Shown here: one piece after another, positions 7,571 through 17,292 of the stretch | Layout of the letters: each line of letters opens with the position of its first letter | How positions within the stretch are numbered: the stretch's first letter is position 1 | NCBI GenBank assembly: GCA_027030405.1 | Contig: JALVEZ010000245.1 | Location: 1-20,115, forward strand | Direction: 5' to 3' | From: Hydrogenothermaceae bacterium | Lineage (GTDB): Bacteria; Aquificota; Aquificia; Aquificales; Hydrogenothermaceae | Length of the DNA: 20,115 nt | Program-made: the position numbers and the translations under genes | The notes under the pieces: model-generated | What the model saw: the letters and a program-made list of their open reading frames with translations, nothing else | What the model was told of the DNA's origin: nothing | Databases searched by the model: none

Positions 7571-8998
7571 TTAAACTCCCTTGCTAAATTTTATTTCTTC
7601 ATAAAGTCGGATGTATTGAGATGCAGAGGCATCCCATGAAAAGTCTAAATTCATAACAGATCTTTTTAGTCCAGTCATTGTGTGTTCGTCCTGATAAAGA
7701 TTCAGCCCCCTCAATAAAGAATGAATAAATTCACCTTTATCAGGATTGTTAAACAGTATTCCGTAGCCGTGAGGTTCTGATATATCTTTTACAGTATCTG
7801 CAAGCCCTCCTGTTTTTCTTGCTATCACAAGAGTTCCGTATCTCATTGCTATCATCTGATTAAGTCCGCAAGGTTCAAACAAAGAAGGCATTAAAAGAAA
7901 ATCGGCAGAAGCATACATTTTTCTGCTTAAAGGTTCGTCATAACCGACTTCTATAAAGATGTTTGAATATTTTCCTTTGATGTCGTTGAAAAAGTCGTTA
8001 TACAGTTTATCTCCTGAACCTAATATGGCAAAGTTAGCCCTCATTTTTGCCATGTCATCAATAGAATCTTTAATAAGATCAATTCCCTTTTGCTTGGCAA
8101 ATCTTCCTATGAAGATGAATAAGGGTTTAGAAGGATCAGAAAGATTATGCTCTTTGAGAAAGATTTCCTTGTTTTCTGATTTCTTTTCAATGTTTTCAGA
8201 TGAATAGTTCAGATATATGTGAGGATCTGTTTCAGGATTCCAGACTTTGTAGTCTATACCGTTCAATATTCCAAAAAGTTTATGACAGTGTTTTCTTAAA
8301 ACGCCATCTAATCCATAACCGTATTCAGGTGTGCATATTTCCCGTGAGTATGTTGGGCTGACAGTTGTTACTGCATCGCTAAAAACGATTCCACCTTTCA
8401 AGAAGTTAACTTTGTCATAAAACTCTAAGGCTTCCATATGGAAAAGATCCCATCCTAAGTTCAGACGTTCAATTGCAAATTTATCAAATATTCCCTGATA
8501 TGCTATGTTATGAATCGTATGTATGGAACCGATATTATTCCAGTTGTATTTTGCTTTCAGTAAAACAGGGATAAGTGCAGTCTGCCAGTCGTTTGTGTGG
8601 ATTACATCAGGGAAAAAGTTGGTTATTTTGAAAAACTCAAGAACAGCATAAGAAAAGGCTCCGAATCTTATATCGTTATCAGGATAATCACCTTCTGGTG
8701 TTCCGTATAAATAATCCCTATCAAACAGCTCAGAGTTATGGAAAAAATAATGTTTTACGCCGTTTTTTTGTTTATAAACTTTAAAATGATAATCTTTATT
8801 ATTAATGTGAACATTAAACTCTATATCAGTTGGAACTATACCGAATTTTTTCCTGTCAACCGTTTTATATAAGGGCATCATAGAAATGACTTTAAATCCC
8901 CTTTCGGATATGGCTTCAGGCAAAGAATGTGATACATCAGCAAGACCACCTGTTTTAGCAAATGGATAAATTTCACTTGAAACAAATGCTATCTTCAT
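7571..8998 (-). CDS. glgA: Glycogen (starch) synthase, GT5 family, probably ADP-glucose type.
   Basis: The N-terminus is [22 protein letters not shown] (KTGGL motif). The C-terminal block is [32 protein letters not shown]. It is 475 aa. Its start overlaps the upstream GalT-like gene's stop by 4 nt (ATGA). Confidence 0.95.
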   Translation of the reverse strand: MKIAFVSSEIYPFAKTGGLADVSHSLPEAISERGFKVISMMPLYKTVDRKKFGIVPTDIEFNVHINNKDYHFKVYKQKNGVKHYFFHNSELFDRDYLYGTPEGDYPDNDIRFGAFSYAVLEFFKITNFFPDVIHTNDWQTALIPVLLKAKYNWNNIGSIHTIHNIAYQGIFDKFAIERLNLGWDLFHMEALEFYDKVNFLKGGIVFSDAVTTVSPTYSREICTPEYGYGLDGVLRKHCHKLFGILNGIDYKVWNPETDPHIYLNYSSENIEKKSENKEIFLKEHNLSDPSKPLFIFIGRFAKQKGIDLIKDSIDDMAKMRANFAILGSGDKLYNDFFNDIKGKYSNIFIEVGYDEPLSRKMYASADFLLMPSLFEPCGLNQMIAMRYGTLVIARKTGGLADTVKDISEPHGYGILFNNPDKGEFIHSLLRGLNLYQDEHTMTGLKRSVMNLDFSWDASASQYIRLYEEIKFSKGV

Positions 8999-10029
8999 AG
9001 TATTACCTCTCTGAGGAATTTGGCAGCATCTTCAGGCGGTGTAGGATTTATTAAATATCCTGTTCCTAACTCAAATCCTGCCTGAATAACGATTCTCGGT
9101 AATATATCAATAAACCAGTGAAAAAATCGATCTATACCTATAAAATAGTCTGGTTTTTCTGGAAAATCACGTGTAGGTGGAGCAGTATAAATAACCATGT
9201 TAAACGGTGGATTAACCAACGACTTATGAAGTTTTCGGACTGTTATTTGCAAAATTTCTGCTAAATTTCTTTGTTGCTGCTCATTAATAGTGTAAAAATC
9301 TTTAGAATGAAATTTTGGAACTATTCTAACCTGAAATGGAAATAAAGATGCATAGGGACAGTAAGCTAAAAAATCCGCATTTTCATAAACAATCCTGTCT
9401 CCTTCTTCCATCTCAAACTTTATTTCATCACACAGAAGACATCTGCTTGTTTTTTGAAAATGTTTTCTTGATTGATTCACAATTGTATCTGGAATTTTAG
9501 GTATTTGCGATAATGCTATTATCTGGGAATGTGAATGAACAAGACTTTTTCCTGCATCTTTTCCGTGGTTTTTAAATACTTGAACATATTTTATCCTTAA
9601 ATCCATATAAAGACTTCTAATTCTTTCTTTATATGCAGTTAGTATGTCAAAGATCTCATCAACGGTGAAATTTTCAATATGCCTGTTGTGATCAGGTGTT
9701 TCAACAACAACTTCGTGGGCTCCGAAGCCTCCTTTTTTATCATATATACAGTAAAAATCAGATTGATCTGTTTCTTCTATTCGAAATGCAGGATATTTGT
9801 TCGGGATTACCCTGACTTTCCATCCTGGAGTGTTTGGTTTTGTATTTGGATCCCTTATAGCAAAGATTTCAGGTGGAGTTTTGTCCTCATTTCCATATTC
9901 AAACGGACAGGTTGATATATCGCCGTGTTCTTCATAAACGTGAACAGGATAGTCGTGTGGTCTTCTTGCCCTTTCAACTGCAATTACAGTCCATGTATCA
10001 ACAAGTTTGTTGTATCTTAGTTCAGACAT
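8995..10029 (-). CDS. GalT-family (HIT-like) hexose-1-phosphate nucleotidyltransferase or NDP-sugar phosphorylase.
   Basis: It is 344 aa. An HxHxQ active-site motif sits in [12 protein letters not shown]. It has N-terminal Cys/His residues (STCPFEYG ... HE) and a duplicated half-barrel architecture typical of galactose-1-phosphate uridylyltransferase-family proteins. It directly abuts the GH57 glucanotransferase upstream and overlaps glgA downstream. Confidence 0.8.
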   Translation of the reverse strand: MSELRYNKLVDTWTVIAVERARRPHDYPVHVYEEHGDISTCPFEYGNEDKTPPEIFAIRDPNTKPNTPGWKVRVIPNKYPAFRIEETDQSDFYCIYDKKGGFGAHEVVVETPDHNRHIENFTVDEIFDILTAYKERIRSLYMDLRIKYVQVFKNHGKDAGKSLVHSHSQIIALSQIPKIPDTIVNQSRKHFQKTSRCLLCDEIKFEMEEGDRIVYENADFLAYCPYASLFPFQVRIVPKFHSKDFYTINEQQQRNLAEILQITVRKLHKSLVNPPFNMVIYTAPPTRDFPEKPDYFIGIDRFFHWFIDILPRIVIQAGFELGTGYLINPTPPEDAAKFLREVIL

Positions 10030-12075
10030 TTAATCACCTCTAATTTCTAAACTTCCTTTAATTTTTAAATTTTTATTAAACGGAAATAAAAAACCAAAAC
10101 TCTGACCTTGAACCGTCAGGTCAAGCCCGCTTTCCGACTGGCTGACCGTTTCTATCGTGTATGTGAGCAATTTAGCAGGCTTGTCAAATTTCAAAACAAT
10201 ATCTTTATCAAGATAATCGTCGTAAATTTTAAACTGTTTCTGCGGTTCTAACTCTTTTACGGTTCTTATCTTCTTACCGTTCACAAGAACATTTTCAATA
10301 TTTGCAAAGTGTAAGTTCATTTCAAGGAGATAAATGATCTCCCTATCAAAGTCAGAATCAATCTGTATCTCAAATGAGATTCCGCTTTCTTGCAGAACAA
10401 ATCTTTTTGTTAATGATGTATCAAATCTTTGGTTTTGTTCAAAAATCCCCCCTTCTCTTTTTAGAACAATCTGATTCTCATCTACAGATACAATATTAAA
10501 AGGATTGTTGGCGAAATCTCCGTATTCGTTAAACTTACATTTATCAAATAGATCAGCACTTATAGAATCATCTGTAAAATGGTCAATAAATGAATTTTTT
10601 TCATACCAGTCAAATTTCAGTTTTTCTAATATCTTCTGTGATACGGAAATGTCCGTCTCATGAATTGTTGATATGCCTTCTTCATCGTGATGATGTTCTT
10701 TCGGTGGATTCAGTATTTTTTCGTGATACCCTTCTTTTCTCCTTGTTAATGTGTTTTGGAGATTAAAGATATTTCTCTTTAATGATAGTTCTGTTAACTG
10801 TCCGCCGTTTTTTGTTTCAAAAACGGCAATAAAATTGTGATTTGAAATTTTTATCTCTTCATATCCGTCATAATTAAGATCTTCTATTTTCAGATAATTC
10901 GGTTCTCCTGTAAGTTCATCTTTTCTATTTTCTGCTTCGATTATAAATCTGTAAGCATTGTCCCTAAGGTTCGGAAGATAAAGCCCTCCGAAAACTCCGT
11001 GCCATAACACATCGTTACATTCTGCTTTCATAACAGATTCATAATACTGCTCATCTTTTTTAAGTTCTTTCTGTTTTGAAAGCTCAAGTGTCCTTTTATG
11101 TATTCTATTGCTTTCTGGATATTTAACAAGGAAATTTTTCCATATACTTCCTTTTACGTATTTTTCTGCAAGGTGTTCCAGCCCCATTTCTTTAAGTTTT
11201 TGATGTAAAAACTCAATTTCTATATATCCATCTGTGAAAAGACTCCATTCACCCATTTCATAATAAGAAGTTGTTGGAAGATAAACTAATCCTTCTGGTT
11301 TTTCATTTTGGGCAAAATCTTTATAGTGGATACTTTCTATTTTTTCATCATTTTCAACTGTTTCAAGGAAATTTTCCAGCCATTTTTCCTGATAAACCCA
11401 TTCGTAAGTTTTTGGCCATATCCCGAATTTCTCACCGTCATCAAATATTATCCCTGCCTTATTCTCAGGTAAAGAGTAAAGGTATTCCATCACTTTAGGT
11501 ACAGGTTTAAAAGGTGTTATATATCTAAGTGTTTTATCAATTGGAAATATTTTCAGTTTATATCCTTCTTCTTCTGTGATGTAATAACCGTGGAGCTGTT
11601 CTTTCTTAAATCCAAGGGATATAAAATGATAATCATCTACTATAACGTATTCTATTCCTGTCTCTACAAGATCAACGATGATACTATCATCCCAGACTCT
11701 CTCTGTAAGCCATAATCCTTTCGGTGTTTGATAGAAATTTTGTTTTATAAAATCATTTAGCTTTTGAATCTGTTTTTTTCTATCATCTGAAGGAATAGAG
11801 GCAAGCACAGGTTCATAGTAACCGCCGCTGAAAAACTCAACGATACCTTTTTCTGATGCTTCCTGCATTAGTTTAAAAAGTTCTTTATCTCTATTTTTTA
11901 TAAACTCTAACAACCATCCACTGTAATGGACTGCAAATTTAAAGTTAAATCTGTTCGCAACTTTAAAAAATGGCTTATACGATTTTTCAATAGCCTCTTC
12001 AACAACATAATGAAAGTTATCAACAGGTTGATGACAATGGATTCCAAACAGAAGTTTTATGCTCAATAGTACCAT
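10030..12075 (-). CDS. GH57-family 4-alpha-glucanotransferase, similar to the Thermococcus litoralis enzyme.
   Basis: Matches to the T. litoralis GH57 4-alpha-glucanotransferase include LLFGIHCHQP, KFAVHYSGWLLEF, GGYYEPVLASIP, GLWLTERVWDDS, IEYVIVDDYHF, IFPIDKTLRYITPF, DDGEKFGIWPKTYEWVY, LVYLPTTSYYEMGEWSL, IWKNFLVKYPESN and DVLWHGVFGGLYLP. It is 681 aa. Confidence 0.85.
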   Translation of the reverse strand: MVLLSIKLLFGIHCHQPVDNFHYVVEEAIEKSYKPFFKVANRFNFKFAVHYSGWLLEFIKNRDKELFKLMQEASEKGIVEFFSGGYYEPVLASIPSDDRKKQIQKLNDFIKQNFYQTPKGLWLTERVWDDSIIVDLVETGIEYVIVDDYHFISLGFKKEQLHGYYITEEEGYKLKIFPIDKTLRYITPFKPVPKVMEYLYSLPENKAGIIFDDGEKFGIWPKTYEWVYQEKWLENFLETVENDEKIESIHYKDFAQNEKPEGLVYLPTTSYYEMGEWSLFTDGYIEIEFLHQKLKEMGLEHLAEKYVKGSIWKNFLVKYPESNRIHKRTLELSKQKELKKDEQYYESVMKAECNDVLWHGVFGGLYLPNLRDNAYRFIIEAENRKDELTGEPNYLKIEDLNYDGYEEIKISNHNFIAVFETKNGGQLTELSLKRNIFNLQNTLTRRKEGYHEKILNPPKEHHHDEEGISTIHETDISVSQKILEKLKFDWYEKNSFIDHFTDDSISADLFDKCKFNEYGDFANNPFNIVSVDENQIVLKREGGIFEQNQRFDTSLTKRFVLQESGISFEIQIDSDFDREIIYLLEMNLHFANIENVLVNGKKIRTVKELEPQKQFKIYDDYLDKDIVLKFDKPAKLLTYTIETVSQSESGLDLTVQGQSFGFLFPFNKNLKIKGSLEIRGD

Positions 12076-12548
12076 CCTCCATAGTAAGCCATCATTATGT
12101 ACATGAAGGTGTAGTAGATAATCAATCCGAATACTATCATAAGGAGAACACCTAAGAATGTGGTTCCACCTTTTTCAACAACCCTTTTTTCAAACAATTC
12201 TTGAGTATGTGTTGTAACCTTTATTTCCATTAAGTCCTGATATGTTTTTATTGCATAAAGATAGTTTCCGAACATTCCAGTTCCAAACCACAAAACAAGC
12301 CATATAAGAATTCCATAAAGTGGAATAAAGGAAAGAAGGTTGAATGTTATGTATAGAAAACCGTAAAAATACATTTTTCTATACCCAAACCACAAAGAAG
12401 TAAAAAAGAATGCAGCCCAGTTCCATGATATCTTAGAACCTGTTATAGACATCAATTTCCATTTTGCTATATAGTAGTCTGCGTTTTTTTGAACGTATTT
12501 TCTGATTGTTTCTTCGCCGAACTCATCAAACAATTTCTTTACAACCAT
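12063..12548 (-). CDS. DUF2628-family small membrane protein.
   Basis: It reads KNADYYIAKWKLM...ISWNWAAFFFTSLWFGYRKMY, followed by 3-4 hydrophobic helices. This matches the DUF2628 signature (KN.DYY..KW ... SWNWAAF..G.FW..YRKMY). It overlaps the downstream glucanotransferase start by 13 nt. Confidence 0.65.
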   Translation of the reverse strand: MVVKKLFDEFGEETIRKYVQKNADYYIAKWKLMSITGSKISWNWAAFFFTSLWFGYRKMYFYGFLYITFNLLSFIPLYGILIWLVLWFGTGMFGNYLYAIKTYQDLMEIKVTTHTQELFEKRVVEKGGTTFLGVLLMIVFGLIIYYTFMYIMMAYYGGWYY

Positions 12549-12560
12549 CGCTTTCCCCTT

Positions 12561-14666
12561 TTATACATACCATTCATAATCAAAATTTTTAGACAGATCT
12601 AAATGAATAAAGTTATAAAATGGTATTTTTTCTACTGTTTTATCGTTTTTAAATATTTTAAAATTCAGTTCGATATTTTTCCCGATACACTCAAGGGGAA
12701 TCTTGAACTCTATGACTTCCCCAACTGCATAATCTATCCCATCACATTGAAAATCTTTTAAAATTATCTCCTTTTTATGAGTAGAAATAGGAACTCTGAT
12801 ATGAACTTTTTTATCGGTTAGAACCACATCAATTCCCAAGTAGTAATCTTTATCTATCAAATATTTAATATTCCCCTTTAAAAGAAAATAAAAATTGTTT
12901 TTATCATATCCGTAATACATCTCTTTTAGATGAACATTGCTGGTATCCATTGCAGAAGCATCGAACTGAAGATCGATAATTCCTGCGTTTAACCATTCAA
13001 AATAGTTGGAGATATACCCATCTATTATCGGGTGAATGTAGTAGTTAGGATGTCTTATTATAGCTTTTTTATAAGATTTTTTTATCGGCTGTAAAAGTTG
13101 ATCTGGAATTTTTTCACCTGCAATTGCATAGATTTCCATAAGATTTGCACGAAACAACATATCAAATTTATCTGCAAAACTGCTGTAATGGTCATCTCCA
13201 TACCACCAGAACCAGTCACTTCCTTCCGATATGCACAGATATTTTTGTGCTTCTTTTTTCTTCTCTTCTGTTAAATTCTGAGTTAACACAAATGATTTTG
13301 TTTTGGACAGAAGTTCCCACGCTTTATTTTTTTCTGGATGTCCTATCCAGGTAAGAAAATTTCCACCTATCCAGCTTCCTGCAACGATGTTATCTATTTT
13401 TGATGTTTGGATATCTTCAATTTGATCAATATCATCAAATCTTACCGTTTGTATCCAGTCCTCTTTTTCTAATCTTGAATAAAGTTCAAAAAAGAAATCT
13501 TTTCCGTTGTTGTAGTAAAACTCCCACGCATTTTCTCCATCTAAAATAACAGGAACAAGCGGGGAAAATGAGCATTCATCATATATATGCTTCAGTCTTC
13601 CTATAAAGTCATCAACAGCATCTTTTGGATTCCAGTCTGCATATGTAAAGCCTATTAGATCACTCAGGATTTTATCCCTGAAATAAATCTTTATTCTATC
13701 TTGGAAAATGTACTGTTTATAAATATTTAACCTGTTTCTGGGTTCTTCTAAAGAGTTGAACAGAACCTCTTCATCTGAAGCAGTCCATTTAATCCCGTTG
13801 TTTGAAAAAATATTTAATGTTTCGTTGCTTATGCTTCCTTCAGAAGGCCAGAATCCAGAAGGTTTTTTTAAAAATATTTTGTTGTAGTATTCGACGGCAG
13901 AACTTACGTGCCTATCAGCATCATCTGAAAAACTAACATAAATTTTTGGAAGTAGAACGTCAGATGTTGCCTGCTTTGCTGATTTTATATCTATCAAAAG
14001 TGGAACTATTGGATGGTAAAAAGGTGTTGTGGATATTGATATTCTTTTTTGAGTTTCTAAATGTTCGTAGAACGGTATTATCTCTTTTATAAGATTATTA
14101 AGCTCATTTATAAGTTTTATTTTTTCCGTTTCTGTAAAACCTACGCCTTTTTTTAAAAGTTCAGATATAAATTTTGATTTTTCTCTAAAACTGTTTCCAG
14201 TCCACGAAAGTATAAATAGAACTTCCAAGTCTAAGATCTCTGAGTCTGTGAAAGCGTTCGCCTGTTCTTCAGGGGATATGGAGTTTTCTTTTATTCTTTC
14301 ATATTTATTAAACAGTTCGTAGTATCTCGGGAATGGATAGATCATTGTTTTTAGGTTTGCAAAAAAAAGCATCTCAATCAGATAGGCTTTTTCTTTTTCT
14401 GTTAGTTCAGAGACTGGTTTTTTAAGGGTGTTTAAAAATTTACAGTCTGCTTCTCCTTTTACATATTCAAGGAGTTGAACGATTAAAGATGGAACAAGGT
14501 TAAATGTGGCTTTTATATTTTCAAAGTTAGATAGATACCACGGCATTTCATAATAATCTTTTATTGCATGTAGATAAACCCACGGCATTTCATACTGCTT
14601 CGTCATGGGGTTTTTATAATAGGGCTGATGCATATGCCAAAGAAATGTCAGATACAGTTTTTTCAT
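12561..14666 (-). CDS. GH57-family glycoside hydrolase (alpha-amylase/amylopullulanase-like). It is about 700 aa and has a C-terminal extension.
   Basis: The N-terminus reads LYLTFLWHMHQPYYKNP...YEMPW, the GH57 N-terminal motif. Later motifs are GSWIGGNFLTWIGHPEKNKAWELL and WFWWYGDDH. Its start shares one nucleotide with the upstream gene's stop (TAATG). Confidence 0.8.
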   Translation of the reverse strand: MKKLYLTFLWHMHQPYYKNPMTKQYEMPWVYLHAIKDYYEMPWYLSNFENIKATFNLVPSLIVQLLEYVKGEADCKFLNTLKKPVSELTEKEKAYLIEMLFFANLKTMIYPFPRYYELFNKYERIKENSISPEEQANAFTDSEILDLEVLFILSWTGNSFREKSKFISELLKKGVGFTETEKIKLINELNNLIKEIIPFYEHLETQKRISISTTPFYHPIVPLLIDIKSAKQATSDVLLPKIYVSFSDDADRHVSSAVEYYNKIFLKKPSGFWPSEGSISNETLNIFSNNGIKWTASDEEVLFNSLEEPRNRLNIYKQYIFQDRIKIYFRDKILSDLIGFTYADWNPKDAVDDFIGRLKHIYDECSFSPLVPVILDGENAWEFYYNNGKDFFFELYSRLEKEDWIQTVRFDDIDQIEDIQTSKIDNIVAGSWIGGNFLTWIGHPEKNKAWELLSKTKSFVLTQNLTEEKKKEAQKYLCISEGSDWFWWYGDDHYSSFADKFDMLFRANLMEIYAIAGEKIPDQLLQPIKKSYKKAIIRHPNYYIHPIIDGYISNYFEWLNAGIIDLQFDASAMDTSNVHLKEMYYGYDKNNFYFLLKGNIKYLIDKDYYLGIDVVLTDKKVHIRVPISTHKKEIILKDFQCDGIDYAVGEVIEFKIPLECIGKNIELNFKIFKNDKTVEKIPFYNFIHLDLSKNFDYEWYV

Positions 14667-17161
14667 TAAGCTTCTTCAATCCATTTATTAATTTTTTCCC
14701 TATATGTTTCTAAAAGTTTTTCACCTTTTTCTTTATTTTCTGCCTGTACGTATAAATGAAGGTTGTCAGAGTATTGGTCAGGTATCATAAGTACCCAATT
14801 CTTTTTATCTTCGTATATTTTCACGCCATCAATAAAAGATGCTTCTTTGTTTATGGCTTCTTCTGTAAACTTTCTCATCATTTTTCCTTTTAGTGATGAC
14901 GGGCATCCGATTAAAACATGTTTGAAATAGTAATCAGGGAATGATTTTAGAACCTGTCCAGGTGTAAGTTTTGTTTTTGCAAGCATTTCTAAAAGTTTAA
15001 CTGAGGCAAACATTCCATCTGGACTGAATGAAAACTCTGGGAACATATAGTTTCCATCTAAATTAGCCACAAAGTAGTAATCTTGAAGGAACGATGCTTT
15101 CAGTCCTGTCATTTTACCTCTTTCTACGATGATGTTTTCAAGAAGATCGTCCATCACATCAGGGACAGAAACAGGCAGATACACTTTGACCTGCTTGTCG
15201 ATTGTTTTATCTATAAGATAAAGGAACATTAATACTGCTTTATCATTGCTGATAACTTCTTCTGTTTCACATATGATTCTCAGTCTCTGTCCATTAGGAT
15301 AAAGAAGGAAGCCTATGTCTTTATCCAAAACTTTTACAATTTTTGATATTTCTTTTATTGCTTTTTCTTTTAATGTTGGAATAAGTGATAACTTTTTCTC
15401 ATCAAAATACGCATCTAACACTATGGTTTCAATATTTAGCTTGTTTATTATTTCTGGATAAACTATTGATGTTGAACCGTTTAAAAGGTCTGCAACTATT
15501 TTAAATTTTGCAGACTGGATAGAATCTATATCTATAAGTTCCAAAAATCTTGATTCATACTGTTCGATCGTTGGAACGTTGTCTTCAATTTCTCCAATTT
15601 CATTGAAATTAGCCCTTCTGAACTGTTCTCTGAAGAAAATTCTCTCTACGCTTTTTTCTGTGCCTGTGTCTATAGGTACTCCGTTTGAGTCATAAAATAG
15701 GATTTCTGTATAAGATGGATTATTAGGCGATTGTCTAAAATGAATTCCTGCAGCTTTTTCTGATTTTGCAAGATGAAATCTCATCACAGGTAGAGGCATA
15801 AGTTTTAGATCAACAACATTTATACCCGTTGACAGCAGTCCACCTAAAAATGCCCTTTTTAACATCCTTGAGGCACGGTGGTAATCCCTCGACATATAAA
15901 CAGTCTGACCTTTCGGCAGTATTGAACCGAATGCTTCTGCAAGTTTTGCTGCCATTTCGCAGGAAAGCTCTATGTTCGTTCTACCTGATACCTTTCCACC
16001 TTCAAATATTGATTTTTTCCATTTATCTCCCCAGATAAGATTGCTACTTACAATTGAACCGCTTTCGATCAGTTTGTTAGGCCATACGATAACATCTTTT
16101 TCAAAAACTACTTCATTTTGAACATCGACATCTTCTGCTATTATCACTCCTTTTTCTGCTTTTACGTTATTTCCTATGTTTACATCATTACATATAACAA
16201 AATTATTAAACTTACATTTATTTCCAATATTAACATCCCACCAGATAACACCGTCCTTTAGTGTTGTATTTTTCCCGATCTGCGTATTTTTTCCGATTGA
16301 TACATTTTCTAATTTTGTATTCGGTGAAATTTTCACATCTTTATCTAAAACCACCATTCCTGATATTTTCACATTTTCAGGGATTTCAACGCCTTCCTCT
16401 TTATAAACGACGCCTTTATCAAAATTTATTTTTTCACCTTCTATCTGGATTTTAACTTTACCGTTAAAAATATCTTTGTGGACATCTCTATAACTTTCAG
16501 GATTTCCAACATCCCTCCAATATCCTTTTGCATTAAATCCGTATAACGGAATTCCCTCTTCCATAAGTTTTGGAAAAAGGTCTTTACTAAAATCGTATGG
16601 GACATTTTCAGGAATATATTTCAGGATTTCTGGCTCAAACACATAAATTCCAGTATTTATGGTGTCGCTGAAAACTTCTCCCCATCCTGGCTTTTCTAAA
16701 AATCTTATTATTGTTCCGTCTTTATCTGTGATAACAACGCCAAACTGAAGTGGATCTTCTACAGAAGTAAGTGTAATAGTAACTTTTGCATTTTTTACTT
16801 GATGGTATCCGATAATCTCTTTTATATCAAAATCTGTAACCAGATCACCACTCATAACGATAAAAGTTTCGTCAAGGTATTTTTCTGCTTTTTTAACTGC
16901 TCCTGCGGTTCCGTAATCATCGTCAGGTAAAACATAAGTAATGTTTACTCCAAAATCTTTTCCGTCCTTAAAATAATCTTTTATGACTTCTGGTTTAAAA
17001 TACAAAAGAACTACAATATCAACGATTCCAGCACTTTTCAGTTTTTTGATGATATGTTCCATCATCGGACGGTTAAGTATTGGAAGCATTGGTTTTGGGA
17101 TACTGTTTGTTAAAGGTTGAATTCTTGTTCCAAATCCTCCTGCCATGACGATTGCTTTCAT
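14666..17161 (-). CDS. Multidomain sugar-1-phosphate nucleotidyltransferase fused to a phosphoglucomutase/phosphomannomutase-like domain. It has an NTP-transferase domain, a left-handed beta-helix and a C-terminal PGM/PMM-like domain.
   Basis: The N-terminus is MKAIVMAGGFGTRIQPLTNSIPKPMLPI (the G-G-x-G-T-R-L/I-x-P-L-T nucleotidyltransferase motif). The central region carries hexapeptide repeats (VSIGKNTQIGKNTTLKDGVIWWDVNIGNKCKFNNFVICNDVNIGNNV). The C-terminal 400 aa show alpha-D-phosphohexomutase architecture (GIHFRQSPNNP... and the C-terminal PMM domain). It is 831 aa and is the first gene of the cluster. A GAGGGAG RBS lies upstream. Confidence 0.85.
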   Translation of the reverse strand: MKAIVMAGGFGTRIQPLTNSIPKPMLPILNRPMMEHIIKKLKSAGIVDIVVLLYFKPEVIKDYFKDGKDFGVNITYVLPDDDYGTAGAVKKAEKYLDETFIVMSGDLVTDFDIKEIIGYHQVKNAKVTITLTSVEDPLQFGVVITDKDGTIIRFLEKPGWGEVFSDTINTGIYVFEPEILKYIPENVPYDFSKDLFPKLMEEGIPLYGFNAKGYWRDVGNPESYRDVHKDIFNGKVKIQIEGEKINFDKGVVYKEEGVEIPENVKISGMVVLDKDVKISPNTKLENVSIGKNTQIGKNTTLKDGVIWWDVNIGNKCKFNNFVICNDVNIGNNVKAEKGVIIAEDVDVQNEVVFEKDVIVWPNKLIESGSIVSSNLIWGDKWKKSIFEGGKVSGRTNIELSCEMAAKLAEAFGSILPKGQTVYMSRDYHRASRMLKRAFLGGLLSTGINVVDLKLMPLPVMRFHLAKSEKAAGIHFRQSPNNPSYTEILFYDSNGVPIDTGTEKSVERIFFREQFRRANFNEIGEIEDNVPTIEQYESRFLELIDIDSIQSAKFKIVADLLNGSTSIVYPEIINKLNIETIVLDAYFDEKKLSLIPTLKEKAIKEISKIVKVLDKDIGFLLYPNGQRLRIICETEEVISNDKAVLMFLYLIDKTIDKQVKVYLPVSVPDVMDDLLENIIVERGKMTGLKASFLQDYYFVANLDGNYMFPEFSFSPDGMFASVKLLEMLAKTKLTPGQVLKSFPDYYFKHVLIGCPSSLKGKMMRKFTEEAINKEASFIDGVKIYEDKKNWVLMIPDQYSDNLHLYVQAENKEKGEKLLETYREKINKWIEEA

Positions 17162-17292
17162 TTGAAAACTCCCTCTTTGAGATTAGATTTATCTAATTTT
17201 AACAAAATTTATATAAAAATTTTTTAAGATTTCTTAATATCCTCCTTTGTTATAATATTAGGCATTTCGAATATAAAAGGAAGTTTATTTTA
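17162..17292. promoter_or_regulatory. Divergent intergenic region between the start of the glycogen cluster (minus) and the bioC-like gene (plus).
   Basis: It is 131 nt and AT-rich. A TATAAT box (about 17250-17255) and an AAGGAAG RBS serve the plus-strand gene. A GAGGGAG RBS and upstream ttataaattttgttaaaatt elements serve the minus-strand gene. The hexamer assignments are tentative. Confidence 0.3.

Noticed and set aside
4887-16455. Numerous 60-100-aa plus-strand ORFs inside the glycogen cluster. Examples from the supplied track: 4887..5168, 5289..5477, 5589..5831, 6019..6315, 7959..8207, 9679..9915, 11271..11498, 13145..13354, 15829..16038, 16176..16455.
   Set aside because: All are antisense to long minus-strand genes with strong homology signatures. 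None has a convincing SD. They are treated as shadow ORFs.
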